Shown here piece by piece: positions 41,806-53,779 of a DNA stretch of 64,000 bases. The notes beneath the pieces are model-generated. The model made no database searches. It was not told the DNA's origin and was given only the letters and a program-made list of their open reading frames with translations. The number at the start of each line of letters is the position of its first letter. The stretch's first letter is position 1. The DNA lies in the NCBI GenBank assembly GCA_965237955.1, contig OZ250169.1, positions 7,904,001 to 7,968,000 of the forward strand, written 5' to 3'. The position numbers and the translations under genes are program-made. Origin of the DNA: Candidatus Marinacidobacterales bacterium (GTDB taxonomy: Bacteria > Acidobacteriota > Vicinamibacteria > Marinacidobacterales > SMYC01).

Positions 41806-41904
41806 AAATAACGAACCGGGGAGTTGCGGCCGGGGGCCGGGCAAAAGAGACAGACTACAGCTAATGCAGTGCGCCCGGCCGTCAGCTTCAATGGCGCGTT
41901 AGAA
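41806..41904 (-). other. Degenerate integron attC-like site
   Basis: TTCTAAC overlaps the stop codon; GAAGCTGACGGCCGGG...CCCGGCCGCAACT; ends GTTATTT. Confidence 0.55.
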
Positions 41905-42085
41905 TGCCCCCTGCCACATGCCGTCGTCATATGACTCCATCGTGGTTTTTAGCCGCTCATAGAGATGGTCGAGTTCCTTTTGGAGCTTCTTGTCATCCGT
42001 GTGATTTGCTTCCGCCGCGATGTAGCCAATTATCTCATCCAGATCATCCAGAGTCAGCTTAACGATGAGTTTCTTACCTTTGACC
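41899..42085 (-). pseudogene. C-terminal part of hypothetical (cassette-like) protein, cut by IS
   Basis: LTLDDLDEIIGYIAAEANHTDDKKLQKELD; lower GC. Confidence 0.6.
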
Positions 42086-43170
42086 GGCGTTGTTGCACGG
42101 CCCGGAGCAAATCGCTGACCTCCCTGTGCCGGTTGCAGAGTCACCCGGCGCAGTACGTATCGGGCATCCCGAGCGCAGCCATCTTGTTGAGTATCTCGCA
42201 CCCAATTCGGTGTTCAACTCGTTGCCTCGCCAACGTTCGAGCCCGCATCTCCGGCCCGATGATCGCCTTGTAACGATAGACCGCGTTCTCCACCATGCTT
42301 CGCTTGGTGTAGCCTGAGAGCTTGTACCATTCACGTCGGCCGTGTCTTTCGATTGCACGAATATGGCGATCGCGCTCCTGCATGGCGGTGTTCGAATTCT
42401 GACTGAGCGTCGCGTTTCGTTGCGGCGGAATCACCACGCGCGTCCTTCGTCCAGGACTGTGCGCTTCGATGGCTTCGTAGACCGCTTCCTTGTCGTATGC
42501 ACTGTCCGCCGCCACCGACACTAGAGGTGCTTGAATCTGTGTTAGCAAAGCGGGGACTCGGGTTGCGTCGCGAGCTCGTGACGCCGTCAGTTCGGACGCA
42601 ACAATGTTCCCTGTCTCGCGATCAACGGCGATGTGCAACTTGCGCCATGCGCGCTGCTTTGGCGGTTTGCGAGCGTTTCCAACATGAATCCTCAAGCCCG
42701 TGCTATCGATCATCAGGTGGATGGGTTGAGTGCTCGCGGCTTTCGGAATCCGCAGCTTCTTGCGGAGCAACCTCGAGCGCCGACACAACGTCGAGTAGTC
42801 CGGGATCTCGATACCGAGCCCGAGAAGCGAGGCGATCGAGTGCAAGAAGCCTTCGGTTTGTCGGTAGGCGAGCTTGTACACCATCCGGACAACCAGGCCC
42901 GTTTCAATCGCCATGTCTGAATAGACCCGTTGACCGCCAGGCTTACCGGTCTTGTCGGCCTTCCAGTTCGCGATTGCCTCCTCGTCAAACCAGACTGTCA
43001 AATCGCCCCGGCGGCGCAGCCCTTCGTTGTATTCCGCCCAGTTGCGAACGTGGTACTTCTTCTGCTTCGCGTGCTTGTACTGGCAGCGCTTGGGATACTT
43101 CATGCTCGAACATACCTCGGCCACCACCATAGGCGGATTTCGCTCTCAGCCAGAGCGGTGCAACAACGCC
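42086..43170 (-). mobile_element. IS903-group element A, intact (transposase 42141-43130)
   Basis: 1085 bp, perfect IRs. Confidence 0.97.
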
Positions 43171-44119
43171 TGGATCAGAAACGCATCGCGGGGATTGGAA
43201 ACATCCATGCCGCCGAAGCTCTTTTTCTCGCCGGTATCCATCCGGAGCGAAGCGCGTCCGGACTGACACGAGAAGAAAGCGTGCTCCTCGCCCGTTACAT
43301 CCGCCGCGAGCTCCGGGCTGAGATCGCGCGATCGCGCTCGGAAAACCTCAGGTATCTACAGCAGGGCGAAGCGAACCGGTTCCGGGTGTACGGGCACGCG
43401 GATGAGCCGTGCCCGCGATGTGGTGCGTCGATTGCAAAACTCGTCCAAGGGGGGCGATCCAGCTACTATTGCCCCGAGTGCCAACCCAAGAGGAAATGAC
43501 ATGAACCGCGAAGATCTGAGCCTGTCGACACGAGCCATCCATTCAGGCGCGAGTGGACCGCGCGAGAATCGACCCGTCGTCCCGCCCATCCATTTGTCCG
43601 CGACGTTCGAATCGAAAGACGTCGACGAGCAAGTTGCCATCGAAGAGGCAAAAGCCGATATGTTCTACACCCGCTACGGCAATCCTACCCTCACGATTGC
43701 CGAGCGCACCGTCGCCGAGCTCGAAGGAGCAGAATCGGCCGCCGTGTTCGGCTCGGGGATGGCCGCCATTACCACGACGCTTCTCGCGCACTTGCAGCGG
43801 GGCGACCACGCGGTCTTTCAGCGCGAGGTTTACGGCGGAGTCCATCGATTTGCCTACGAGCTCCTTCCGCGCTACGGTGTCGACGTCAGCTGGTTCGAGG
43901 CCACCGACGTCTCCGGCTTCGAAAGCGCGATTCGAGACAACACCAAACTGGTGTACGTAGAATCACCGACGAACCCGACGTTGAAGCTCGTGGATATCGA
44001 GCGCGTCACGTCGGTAGCGAGACCACGAGGCATCGTCTCACTCATTGATTCGACGTTCGCCACTCCGCTCAACACCCAGCCGCACACGCTTGGCGTCGAC
44101 GGCGTCCTGCACTCCGCTA
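43171..44119 (+). pseudogene. Duplicated mutM 3' part (to 43499) + Cys/Met PLP enzyme 5' part (43501-44119)
   Basis: Near-identical to 24659-25607. Confidence 0.92.
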
Positions 44120-45205
44120 GGCGTTGTTGCACCGCTCTGGCTGAGAGCGAAATCCGCCTATGGTGGTGGCCGAGGTATGTTCGAGCATGAAGTATCCCAA
44201 GCGCTGCCAGTACAAGCACGCGAAGCAGAAGAAGTACCACGTTCGCAACTGGGCGGAATACAACGAAGGGCTGCGCCGCCGGGGCGATTTGACAGTCTGG
44301 TTTGACGAGGAGGCAATCGCGAACTGGAAGGCCGACAAGACCGGTAAGCCTGGCGGTCAACGGGTCTATTTCAGACATGGCGATTGAAACGGGCCTGGTT
44401 GTCCGGATGGTGTACAAGCTCGCCTACCGACAAACCGAAGGCTTCTTGCACTCGATCGCCTCGCTTCTCGGGCTCGGTATCGAGATCCCGGACTACTCGA
44501 CGTTGTGTCGGCGCTCGAGGTTGCTCCGCAAGAAGCTGCGGATTCCGAAAGCCGCGAGCACTCAACCCATCCACCTGATGATCGATAGCACGGGCTTGAG
44601 GATTCATGTTGGAAACGCTCGCAAACCGCCAAAGCAGCGCGCATGGCGCAAGTTGCACATCGCCGTTGATCGCGAGACAGGGAACATTGTTGCGTCCGAA
44701 CTGACGGCGTCACGAGCTCGCGACGCAACCCGAGTCCCCGCTTTGCTAACACAGATTCAAGCACCTCTAGTGTCGGTGGCGGCGGACAGTGCATACGACA
44801 AGGAAGCGGTCTACGAAGCCATCGAAGCGCACAGTCCTGGACGAAGGACGCGCGTGGTGATTCCGCCGCAACGAAACGCGACGCTCAGTCAGAATTCGAA
44901 CACCGCCATGCAGGAGCGCGATCGCCATATTCGTGCAATCGAAAGACACGGCCGACGTGAATGGTACAAGCTCTCAGGCTACACCAAGCGAAGCATGGTG
45001 GAGAACGCGGTCTATCGTTACAAGGCGATCATCGGGCCGGAGATGCGGGCTCGAACGTTGGCGAGGCAACGAGTTGAACACCGAATTGGGTGCGAGATAC
45101 TCAACAAGATGGCTGCGCTCGGGATGCCCGATACGTACTGCGCCGGGTGACTCTGCAACCGGCACAGGGAGGTCAGCGATTTGCTCCGGGCCGTGCAACA
45201 ACGCC
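44120..45205 (+). mobile_element. IS903-group element A, +1 frameshift near 44370
   Basis: 1086 bp, perfect IRs. Confidence 0.96.
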
Positions 45206-45543
45206 GTCGGCGGTCGAGCTCCGCCTGGGCGAAAAACGCCGATGCCTTGCGTAGGATCTCGTTCGCTCGAGCGCCTTGAGTCGCGTGCGCTCGTCCGTCG
45301 TCAGCCCCACGCGTTTGCCTGTGTCACGTTCTGCTTGACGCACCCACTTGCGCAGCGTCTCCGACGTGCACCCAATCTTCGACGCGACCGAGACGATCGC
45401 CGCCCACTGAGATTCGTGCTGATGCTGCTGGTCCAAGACCATCCGCACCGCGCGCTCTTTCACCTCCGGTGAATACCTGCTTCGTCTTGCCATGACTCCA
45501 TCCTCTCAAGAGTTGGAGTCTCCGGGAAACCCGGGGCGGTTCA
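45206..45543 (-). mobile_element. IS3 family (IS51/IS629-like) left end + OrfA
   Basis: TGAACCGCCCCGG terminus; RYSPEVKERAVRMV...IGCTSETLRKWVRQAE. Confidence 0.9.
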
Positions 45544-45716
45544 TTTCGACTCCATCGTCACACGAAGCGAAAGGCCACGTCCACTCGATTCGCTGGTTAT
45601 GTCATCGCCGCCGCGATGGACGGCCTCGCGGCTGTACTCTGTTCAACTATCACGGCTTGACTTGTGAGATACAGGACACATAGCATCGCCACTGTCAGCA
45701 AACTGCCCATGAGGAG

Positions 45717-45770
45717 CGGAACGTGTCAACGACTTTGAGACATGCTCGGTCGCATTTTAGTGTTCCGTAG
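45717..45770 (-). repeat. Solo right end of the IS3-type element at 60004-61715
   Basis: CGGAACGTGTCAACGACTTTGAGACA matches the reverse of 61690-61715. Confidence 0.7.
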
Positions 45771-45785
45771 AGTTAGCCCGGAAGA

Positions 45786-48569
45786 ATGATGCCTTTCCCA
45801 AGACATGCCACCGCCGGCTTGCTACTCTTTTTCTTGACAGCGCCGCCGGCGGGCGCGCAAGAAAAGCAGCCCGTCACGTCCGAAGATTATGGTCGCTGGG
45901 AGACCTTGAGAGAAGGCTCTCTCTCTCCCGATGGCGGGTGGCTCGTCTACGAGATCGGCCGCGTCAACGGCAGTGACGAGCTGCGCCTCCACAGGCTGCA
46001 GGCTGAAAAGCTGAACGAACCTTTCAAGACTGTTGATTTCGGCAGCAAACCGGCCTTCTCGGACGATTCCCGATTCATGGCGTACCGGATCGGGGTCCAC
46101 GAGGACGAGCGGCGCCGGGCCGAGAAAGAAAACAAGCCGGTGCGGGACAAGATGGGGCTCGTCAGCCTGGACGATGGTACGACCGAGGTCATCGAGGGCG
46201 TCCAGACGTTCGCTTTCAGTGAAGGAGGCCCTTATCTCGCCATTCACCGCTATCCTCCCGAGAAGGAGGAGGAGGAGGAGGAGGAGGAAACCCTCGGCGC
46301 GGACTTGATGGTTCGGAATCTCTCGACCCGAAGGAATGCCAGCTTCGGCAACGTCTCCGAGTTTCTTTGGCAACCGAAGGGAACGTTGCTCGCGACGATC
46401 ATCGCGACGGAAAGCGGAACCGGAAACGGCATTCAGCTCTTCGAGCCCCCCAGCGGTGTCCTGCGCGTGCTGGATTCTTCTAGCTCGAGCTATCACCGCC
46501 TTGCCTGGAGAAAAGACAGCGACGACTTGGCGGTTCTTCGCACTCTTGAAGACGAGCAGCACGAAGGCGAGACGAATATCGTCCTGGCCTGGAAGGACCT
46601 TTCCAGCGCGCCCGAGCGTTTCGTTTACGATCCGTCGGCGGACTCCGAGTTCCCGACCGACACTCGCATCGTGGACTACAGGGCTCTCGAGTGGGCGGAC
46701 GATGGCGCCACGGTGTTCCTGGGAATCAAGAAATGGAAGAAAACGGAGCGCGAGGAGCCCGCCGAGGACAAATCTCCCGAGGAGGACGACGGGGACGAGG
46801 AGTCCAACGTCGAGATCTGGCACGTCAAGGATTCCCACGTCATCCCTGAGCAGAAACTGCGTGAGAAGCAATACCGCGAGAAGAACTGGCTCGCCGCCTG
46901 GCACCTGGACTCGGCTCGCTTCGTGAGGCTTGGTGACGAGCGGATCGAGGATGTCTGGCCGGTGAGGCACTCACGCTTTGCCATCGGCCTGGACGTCAAC
47001 CCCTACGAACGCCTCGCCATGTCCGGCCGCGGGCGCCGGGATGTTTACGTCATCGATGTGACGAGTGGCGAGAGAAGGAAGATCACAGAAGCACTCCAGG
47101 GTGGACCGCAGTTCCCCGATCCCTTGCTGAATGCGAGTCCGGGCGGAAGATACGTCATCTATCTCAAGGACGATGACTACTGGACCTACGATCTCGAGAC
47201 CGGCAAACACACGAACTTAACCGAAGACATCGAGACCTCATTCATCAATCGGGAAGACGACCATCCGGTGGAGCAAAAACCGCCTTACGGCATCGCCGGC
47301 TGGCAAGAAGGAGATGAGGCCGTAGTTCTCCACGACAAGTACGACCTCTGGGAGGTCCAACCGAATGGCTCGGGAGCAAAGCGGTTGACCGATGGTTCGC
47401 AGCAACAGATTCAACATCGTTACGTGAAGCTCGACCCGGACGAGGAATTCATCGACCGCGCGAAGCCCCTCTACCTGAGCCTTTATGGCGAGTGGAGCAA
47501 GAAGTTCGGCTTTGCTCGGCTGGGGGCGAACTCGGGGCCTGAGCGGCTCGCCTGGTCGGATAGCAAGGTTCAACGGCTCGCCAAGGCAAGCGACGCCGAA
47601 GTGTACGCCTATATCGCGGAGAACTTCGCCGACTCACCGGACTATTTCACCGCCGGCCCCGATCTCGCACGGCCCCGACAGGTGTCCGAGACCAACCCCT
47701 TTCAAAAGGACTACGCCTGGGGCCGATCGGAGCTCATCGAGTACACAAACCGCGATGGCGACCGACTTCAGGGTGCTCTCTTTTACCCGGCCGGCTATCA
47801 AGCCGGAAAACAGTACCCCATGCTCGTTTACATCTACGAGAAGCGTTCCCAGGAGGTGCACGACTACGTCGTCCCGACGGAACGTCGTGAGTACAACATC
47901 TCTGTTTTCACAGGTCGTGGCTACTTCGTCCTCCGACCGGATATCGTCTTCCGGGCCCGCGAGCCCGGCGCGTCCGCTCTCGACTGCATCACCTCTGCGG
48001 TGAAGAAAGTCCTCGAGTCCGGAATGATCGACCCCAGCCGCCTCGGCCTAGTCGGACATTCCTGGGGCGGTTACGAGACCAGCTTCGTATCGACACGAAG
48101 CGATCTCTTCGCAGCCGCCGTTGCCGGCGCGCCTCTCACCAACTTCTTCAGTATGTACGGCTCCATTTTCTGGAACACGGGCGTTCCCGAGACCGAGCAC
48201 TTCGAGGTGGGCCAGGAGCGAATGGAAGTCCCTTTCTGGGAGGATGTGGACGCTTTCATCCGTAACTCCCCCATTTTTGGAATCCAGAACCTCAAGACGC
48301 CCTTGCTCATGGCCTTCGGCGACAAGGACGGCTCGGTGGATTGGCACCAGGGCATCGAGATGTACAACGCGGCGCGCCGCGCCGGGAAGCAGTTCGTCCT
48401 GCTCGTGTATCCGGGCGAGAACCATCACAACCGCCGCAAGCCCAACCAGATCGATTACCACCGGCGCGTCCTCGAGTGGTTCGATCACTATCTGCAAGGG
48501 GCAGAGGCCCCGAAGTGGATATCCGAGGGCGTCCCGTATCTGGAGCAGCAGAAAGAGAAAAAGGAGTGA
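45786..48569 (+). CDS. S9 (prolyl oligopeptidase family) serine peptidase, secreted
   Basis: Signal peptide, beta-propeller region, GHSWGG nucleophile elbow, GDKDGSV, YPGENH. Confidence 0.94.
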   Translation: MMPFPRHATAGLLLFFLTAPPAGAQEKQPVTSEDYGRWETLREGSLSPDGGWLVYEIGRVNGSDELRLHRLQAEKLNEPFKTVDFGSKPAFSDDSRFMAYRIGVHEDERRRAEKENKPVRDKMGLVSLDDGTTEVIEGVQTFAFSEGGPYLAIHRYPPEKEEEEEEEETLGADLMVRNLSTRRNASFGNVSEFLWQPKGTLLATIIATESGTGNGIQLFEPPSGVLRVLDSSSSSYHRLAWRKDSDDLAVLRTLEDEQHEGETNIVLAWKDLSSAPERFVYDPSADSEFPTDTRIVDYRALEWADDGATVFLGIKKWKKTEREEPAEDKSPEEDDGDEESNVEIWHVKDSHVIPEQKLREKQYREKNWLAAWHLDSARFVRLGDERIEDVWPVRHSRFAIGLDVNPYERLAMSGRGRRDVYVIDVTSGERRKITEALQGGPQFPDPLLNASPGGRYVIYLKDDDYWTYDLETGKHTNLTEDIETSFINREDDHPVEQKPPYGIAGWQEGDEAVVLHDKYDLWEVQPNGSGAKRLTDGSQQQIQHRYVKLDPDEEFIDRAKPLYLSLYGEWSKKFGFARLGANSGPERLAWSDSKVQRLAKASDAEVYAYIAENFADSPDYFTAGPDLARPRQVSETNPFQKDYAWGRSELIEYTNRDGDRLQGALFYPAGYQAGKQYPMLVYIYEKRSQEVHDYVVPTERREYNISVFTGRGYFVLRPDIVFRAREPGASALDCITSAVKKVLESGMIDPSRLGLVGHSWGGYETSFVSTRSDLFAAAVAGAPLTNFFSMYGSIFWNTGVPETEHFEVGQERMEVPFWEDVDAFIRNSPIFGIQNLKTPLLMAFGDKDGSVDWHQGIEMYNAARRAGKQFVLLVYPGENHHNRRKPNQIDYHRRVLEWFDHYLQGAEAPKWISEGVPYLEQQKEKKE

Positions 48570-48766
48570 CTTCGAGCGCGCTCCTAGGTCAAGCCGAGAC
48601 TGGAGCGCGTGCGATATGCCGCCAATCACACTGCCTTTTACGGGCACGAATTTCACTCCTTGTTTCTCGGAGCCCTTCCCTTGACGACCGTTCATGTTCA
48701 CTCGTCTTCCAACCGTCGGCATGGGGCGATAGGGAGTCCAGGAGACGGACCTTCGCGCCATTTGCC

Positions 48767-49851
48767 GGCGTTGTTGCACCGCTCTGGCTGAGAGCGAAAT
48801 CCGCCTATGGTGGTGGCCGAGGTATGTTCGAGCATGAAGTATCCCAAGCGCTGCCAGTACAAGCACGCGAAGCAGAAGAAGTACCACGTTCGCAACTGGG
48901 CGGAATACAACGAAGGGCTGCGCCGCCGGGGCGATTTGACAGTCTGGTTTGACGAGGAGGCAATCGCGAACTGGAAGGCCGACAAGACCGGTAAGCCTGG
49001 CGGTCAACGGGTCTATTCAGACATGGCGATTGAAACGGGCCTGGTTGTCCGGATGGTGTACAAGCTCGCCTACCGACAAACCGAAGGCTTCTTGCACTCG
49101 ATCGCCTCGCTTCTCGGGCTCGGTATCGAGATCCCGGACTACTCGACGTTGTGTCGGCGCTCGAGGTTGCTCCGCAAGAAGCTGCGGATTCCGAAAGCCG
49201 CGAGCACTCAACCCATCCACCTGATGATCGATAGCACGGGCTTGAGGATTCATGTTGGAAACGCTCGCAAACCGCCAAAGCAGCGCGCATGGCGCAAGTT
49301 GCACATCGCCGTTGATCGCGAGACCGGCAACATTGTTGCGTCCGAACTGACGGCGTCACGAGCTCGCGACGCAACCCGAGTCCCCGCTTTGCTAACACAG
49401 ATTCAAGCACCTCTAGTGTCGGTGGCGGCGGACAGTGCATACGACAAGGAAGCGGTCTACGAAGCCATCGAAGCGCACAGTCCTGGACGAAGGACGCGCG
49501 TGGTGATTCCGCCGCAACGAAACGCGACGCTCAGTCAGAATTCGAACACCGCCATGCAGGAGCGCGATCGCCATATTCGTGCAATCGAAAGACACGGCCG
49601 ACGTGAATGGTACAAGCTCTCAGGCTACACCAAGCGAAGCATGGTGGAGAACGCGGTCTATCGTTACAAGGCGATCATCGGGCCGGAGATGCGGGCTCGA
49701 ACGTTGGCGAGGCAACGAGTTGAACACCGAATTGGGTGCGAGATACTCAACAAGATGGCTGCGCTCGGGATGCCCGATACGTACTGCGCCGGGTGACTCT
49801 GCAACCGGCACAGGGAGGTCAGCGATTTGCTCCGGGCCGTGCAACAACGCC
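48767..49851 (+). mobile_element. IS903-group element A, intact (transposase 48807-49796)
   Basis: 1085 bp, perfect IRs. Confidence 0.97.
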
Positions 49852-50032
49852 TCTGCTCGCCACGGAGAAAAATTTCCGTCGTATCATTGGATACCAATCG
49901 CTACCGATCCTCGAAGCGAAGTTAGCGGAGGTCACTGAGAATCAAGCGCTCGACAAGCACGCCAAAGTCGGGTAAACCATGTGTCAGGAGCCGCCACCAC
50001 CTCGAACCTTCAACTATGGTGGGGGCACCTCC
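49852..50032 (+). mobile_element. IS256-like C-terminal fragment and right end
   Basis: LLATEKNFRRIIGYQSLPIL* pattern. Confidence 0.6.
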
Positions 50033-50970
50033 GAAATGAAGGTTTTCCTGAGGCGCCTCGGAGCGGATTCCGAAGCGTGAAAAGGCGAATTGAGCGCCGT
50101 GGGTAGTCGTAGAGAGTCCTGCGAGGTAGAACGCTTGGGATTTATTGGATACGCGGCCCGCCGAAACGTAACTCCGGGTCGTGACGTCGTCCGGATCTTC
50201 ATTAACTGCGAGCGCACAGATGCGCCCACCGTCGGCCAACGACAACGCTTGAACGACCCCGCAAGCCTTTCCCTCCCAGACGATATCCGCTTTCTCCATG
50301 CCATCGACGTCCTTTTCGAGGAGCGGCTATGTCGATTCACGGGACTCGATACGCTGTCAGCTGTTCGTAAGTTCCACCGCTTCATGGGTGCTCTCGGGGC
50401 GCGGGCACGCGAAATGGGGCAGGGCCACGACTGGCCATTCGAGTCGACAAGGAACTTGTTGGAGACGCTCGCACGCATCAAGAACTCCCGCGACTACAGT
50501 TCCATCGCTCAGTCCCCTTCAACTCCATAGATAAACCGATACGAGGCTCTCGAACGGCCAGGCATGACGCAAACGCGCAAGTAACGGTTACCGCGGCTTC
50601 TCGAATCCAACGCCGAACCGCACCAGCTCAACGCCCGGCGCGCCAATTCGGCGGACCGAGATCACGGTTCAGTAAGAGGAAGCCAGCTGCCCCCTTCGTC
50701 TTCCCACTGTACCAAGGCCGAGCGTAGGTCAGAGGCGTCTTTCGCTTCCTGCTCGCACGCGGGCCCCGCCGTGCTCTCGCGTTCGTGCTTTGGAGGGCGT
50801 TTCTGCGCCTGCCCGAAGCTCGGTGTCGTTCGCTCTAGCATAAACTTCCGCCGATCCTACATCAGCGCCTTTCTGAGGGCAGGCTTGCCTGTGGCTCATC
50901 ATTATTATTAAACGGGACGGACCCGTAGTCACGCTGTGCCTCATCAAAACGCGTCCGCCCACGAAATCAG

Positions 50971-51227
50971 GGTGCTTCCGCCATGAACTGTTGGCGGCCA
51001 GGCGGTAACCCGTTCGCGTGCTAGAGTTTGAGCCTAGATCCGAGAGAACGAGTTCTCTCGTCGACAAGGCCCATGCGAAGTGACGAATTTGAGCTGTCTC
51101 AACCCCGAATGTCCGCTGCTGGGAAAAGTGGGTTCTGGAAGCATCATCCGCCACGGTTTCTACACAACGAGGTCCGGGAAACGCCGGCGATACCGGTGCG
51201 TCGGGTGCGGAAAGACGTTCTCTTCGA
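50971..51227 (+). mobile_element. IS1-like left end + zinc-ribbon N-terminus
   Basis: IR GGTGCTTCCGCCAT; CLNPEC...RYRCVGCGKTFS. Confidence 0.85.
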
Positions 51228-51440
51228 GGCGTTGGTGCACGAATCGCTCTTGACTCCGGTAACCGCTTCGACTCAGCTTCTCGATACATTGAATATCGAG
51301 GAGATGAACCCATGGTCGCGCGCAAGTCCAGCCGAGTGAACCGCAAATACAAGACGAATATCGCGTGACCAACTGGCGGGAGTACGAGCGTGGCCTCAGG
51401 AGCCGTGGCGACATCACCGTTTGGTTCTCAGACGAGGCTC
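51228..51440 (+). mobile_element. Third IS903-group element, left-end fragment
   Basis: GGCGTTGGTGCAC; YRVTNWREYERGLRSRGDITVWFSDEA. Confidence 0.8.
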
Positions 51441-51710
51441 GGCAGCTCAGCCACGTCGATCCGTCCTCCGGTTGCACGAATACCTCTAGTCGGCCTGGAT
51501 CCAGTTCGCGATTGCCTCCTCGTCAAAGTTAGACTGTCAAATCGCCCCGGCGGCGCAGCCCTTCATAAGTATTCCGCCCACTTGCGAACGTGGTACTTCT
51601 TCGGCTTCGCTCTGCTTGTACTGGCAGTTTGCTTGGGATACTTCATGCTCGAACATAGCCTCGTAGCCACCACGCATAATGGCGGATTTCGCTCTCAGCC
51701 GAGCGGTGCG
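51440..51710 (-). mobile_element. Indel-rich garbled fragment of IS903-A left end
   Basis: Aligns to about 42960-43160 with many small indels. Confidence 0.75.
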
Positions 51711-51746
51711 CCCCGCGGGCTGATTCGGCGCGTGCTAGCATGTTGG

Positions 51747-53192
51747 ATGCGCTCCCTTTTGGAATCGACGGCTCTGGACGAGCTCGTTTTCGACAACCGT
51801 TTCACCCGGGAGCTCCCGGCCGATCCCGACGAGACGAATCGACCGCGCCAAGTCTTGGGCGCGTGCTTTTCCCGTGTTTGGCCCGCCAAAGTCCGTGCTC
51901 CGGAGCTGGTCGCTTTCGCCTCGGAAGTCGCCGAAGAGCTCGGGCTCTCGCCCGAGACGTGCCGTTCAGAGGACTTCATCCAGGTTTTTTCGGGGAATCG
52001 GGTGTTGGACGGAATGGACCCGCACGCGACCTGCTATGGCGGCCATCAGTTCGGCCATTGGGCGGGGCAGCTCGGTGATGGGCGCGCGATCAACCTTGGA
52101 GAGCTCGCCGGTCAGGGCGGGAAACGTTGGACGCTCCAGCTCCGCATGCGCGGGGCCTCGCGCGACCTCGTTCAGCCCGTTTCGGGAGCTTCGAGATCTT
52201 CGCCTCCCGGGGCGGAGATCGCACGTCTACACACCGGCTTGAAGCGATTTCAGCTTGCCGATTACACGATTCGGAACGACTTCCCGCACTTGGGCGGGCC
52301 CTCGAAAGAGAGCTATTTGGCGTGGTTTGAGGAGGTTTGCCGAAAGACGGCAGAGCTCATCGTGCATTGGATGCGCGTGGGCTTCGTCCACGGCGTGATG
52401 AATACCGACAACATGTCGGTCCTCGGCCTTACGATCGATTACGGGCCTTACGGTTGGCTCGATAATTTCGATCCCGATTGGACGCCGAACACCACCGATG
52501 CCACGGGCCGCCGCTACCGTTTCGGCCATCAATCGCAGATCGCCCTCTGGAACCTCGTCCAGCTCGCCAACGCCATCCATTGTCTCGTCGAGGATGTCCC
52601 CGCGCTTCAGGCCGCGCTCGAGGTCTATCCGAAGACGTTCGAGAAGGAGTGGCCGGAGATGATGGCAAGGAAGCTCGGGTTCGAGTCCTACCAAGGGGAG
52701 TCCGACAGCGAGTTTTTCACCGAGCTTCAGACGCTCTTGCGTCTCGTCGAAACGGACATGACCATCTTCTATCGCCGCTTGGTCCTGGTCGGGGCGGACG
52801 CATCAGACCCGGATGACGACGTGCGTGACGATGTCATGCTGGAACCTTTGATGGATGCCTTCTACGCGCCCGATGCGCTGACGGTGGAGGACCGGCGTCG
52901 TTGGGGTCGCTGGCTTCGAGCCTATCGCGCCCGGCTACGCGAGGACGGCGTTTGTGGCGCTGTTCGTCGGGAGCGCATGGACGCCGTGAATCCCAAATAT
53001 GTGTTCAGGAACTACATGGCCCAGCTCGCCACCGACCAAGCCGAGACGGGAGACTTCTCGCTCGTCGAAGAGTTGCTCGATGTGCTGCACCACCCTTATG
53101 ACGAACAGCCGGGAAAAGAAGAGCACGCCCAAAAGCGCCCCGACTGGGCTCGGAATCGCCCCGGCTGCTCGATGCTCTCTTGTAGCTCCTGA
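51747..53192 (+). pseudogene. selO: SelO/YdiU protein adenylyltransferase with internal deletion
   Basis: YGGHQFG..AGQLGDGRA, GFVHGVMNTDNMS, IDYGPYG, NPKY, LSCSS. The KGAG/REFL segment is missing near 52140-52250. Confidence 0.9.
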
Positions 53193-53396
53193 GTTTCTTC
53201 GAAAATAATGGCCTTCCCTTGGACTCGGAAAACACTCACTCAGAGTCAATCTGCTGTCTCGAGTCGTCCACCACCTGTGTCAGGGTAGTCGCTCGCCTGG
53301 ACACGGCCAACTCAAGTAGGCGACGTCTACAGTTCTCGATCATTGCCCTTGGGTGAGGACAGCACGCGACACGCCGGTCATCGCGTACGCTACAAC

Positions 53397-53427
53397 GTCA
53401 TCAGTCATCAGTCATCAGTCATCAGTC
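53397..53427. repeat. 7-bp tandem repeat (GTCATCA)x4
   Basis: Overlaps the phhB stop codon. Confidence 0.85.
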
Positions 53428-53773
53428 CTGCATGCCCGCCGTAAAAGGCGTCGGTCTTGGCGGCCATGATGAAATCGTTGCGGTGTAGGCCTCGTATCTT
53501 GTGGGTCCACCAAGAGACCGTGACGCGACCCCACTCGGTGAGGATCGCTGGATGGTGGCCCTCGCTTTCAGCCAGCTCGGCGACCTTCTGCGTAAACGCC
53601 AGCGCTTCGGCAAAGTTCTTGAAGCTGAAGACGCGGTTGAGGCGCGGGATGTCCTCCTCAGTCAGGACCTGCCACTCCGGGGTTTCGGGCTTCAGCTGCG
53701 CGATCTCTGAGTCGTTGAGCCTTGGCGCGTCGCGTCGGCAGGCGACGCACTTTTCCTGATTCAACGTATCCAT
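53408..53773 (-). CDS. phhB: Pterin-4-alpha-carbinolamine dehydratase
   Basis: [34 protein letters not shown]. Confidence 0.94.
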   Translation of the reverse strand: MDTLNQEKCVACRRDAPRLNDSEIAQLKPETPEWQVLTEEDIPRLNRVFSFKNFAEALAFTQKVAELAESEGHHPAILTEWGRVTVSWWTHKIRGLHRNDFIMAAKTDAFYGGHAGLMTDD

Positions 53774-53779
53774 GAATTC

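Noticed and set aside
46266-46288. GAG triplet run as a phase-variation tract
   Set aside because: It is an in-frame poly-Glu in a loop; length changes would not switch expression.
50014-50530. Overlapping ORFs on both strands
   Set aside because: No recognisable motif, and I could not decide which frame, if any, is real.
51390-51746. N-terminal extension of SelO
   Set aside because: It is read-through from IS903 fragments.
53180-53192. Selenocysteine at the SelO C-terminal TGA
   Set aside because: LSCSS* is the usual bacterial ending with Cys already present.
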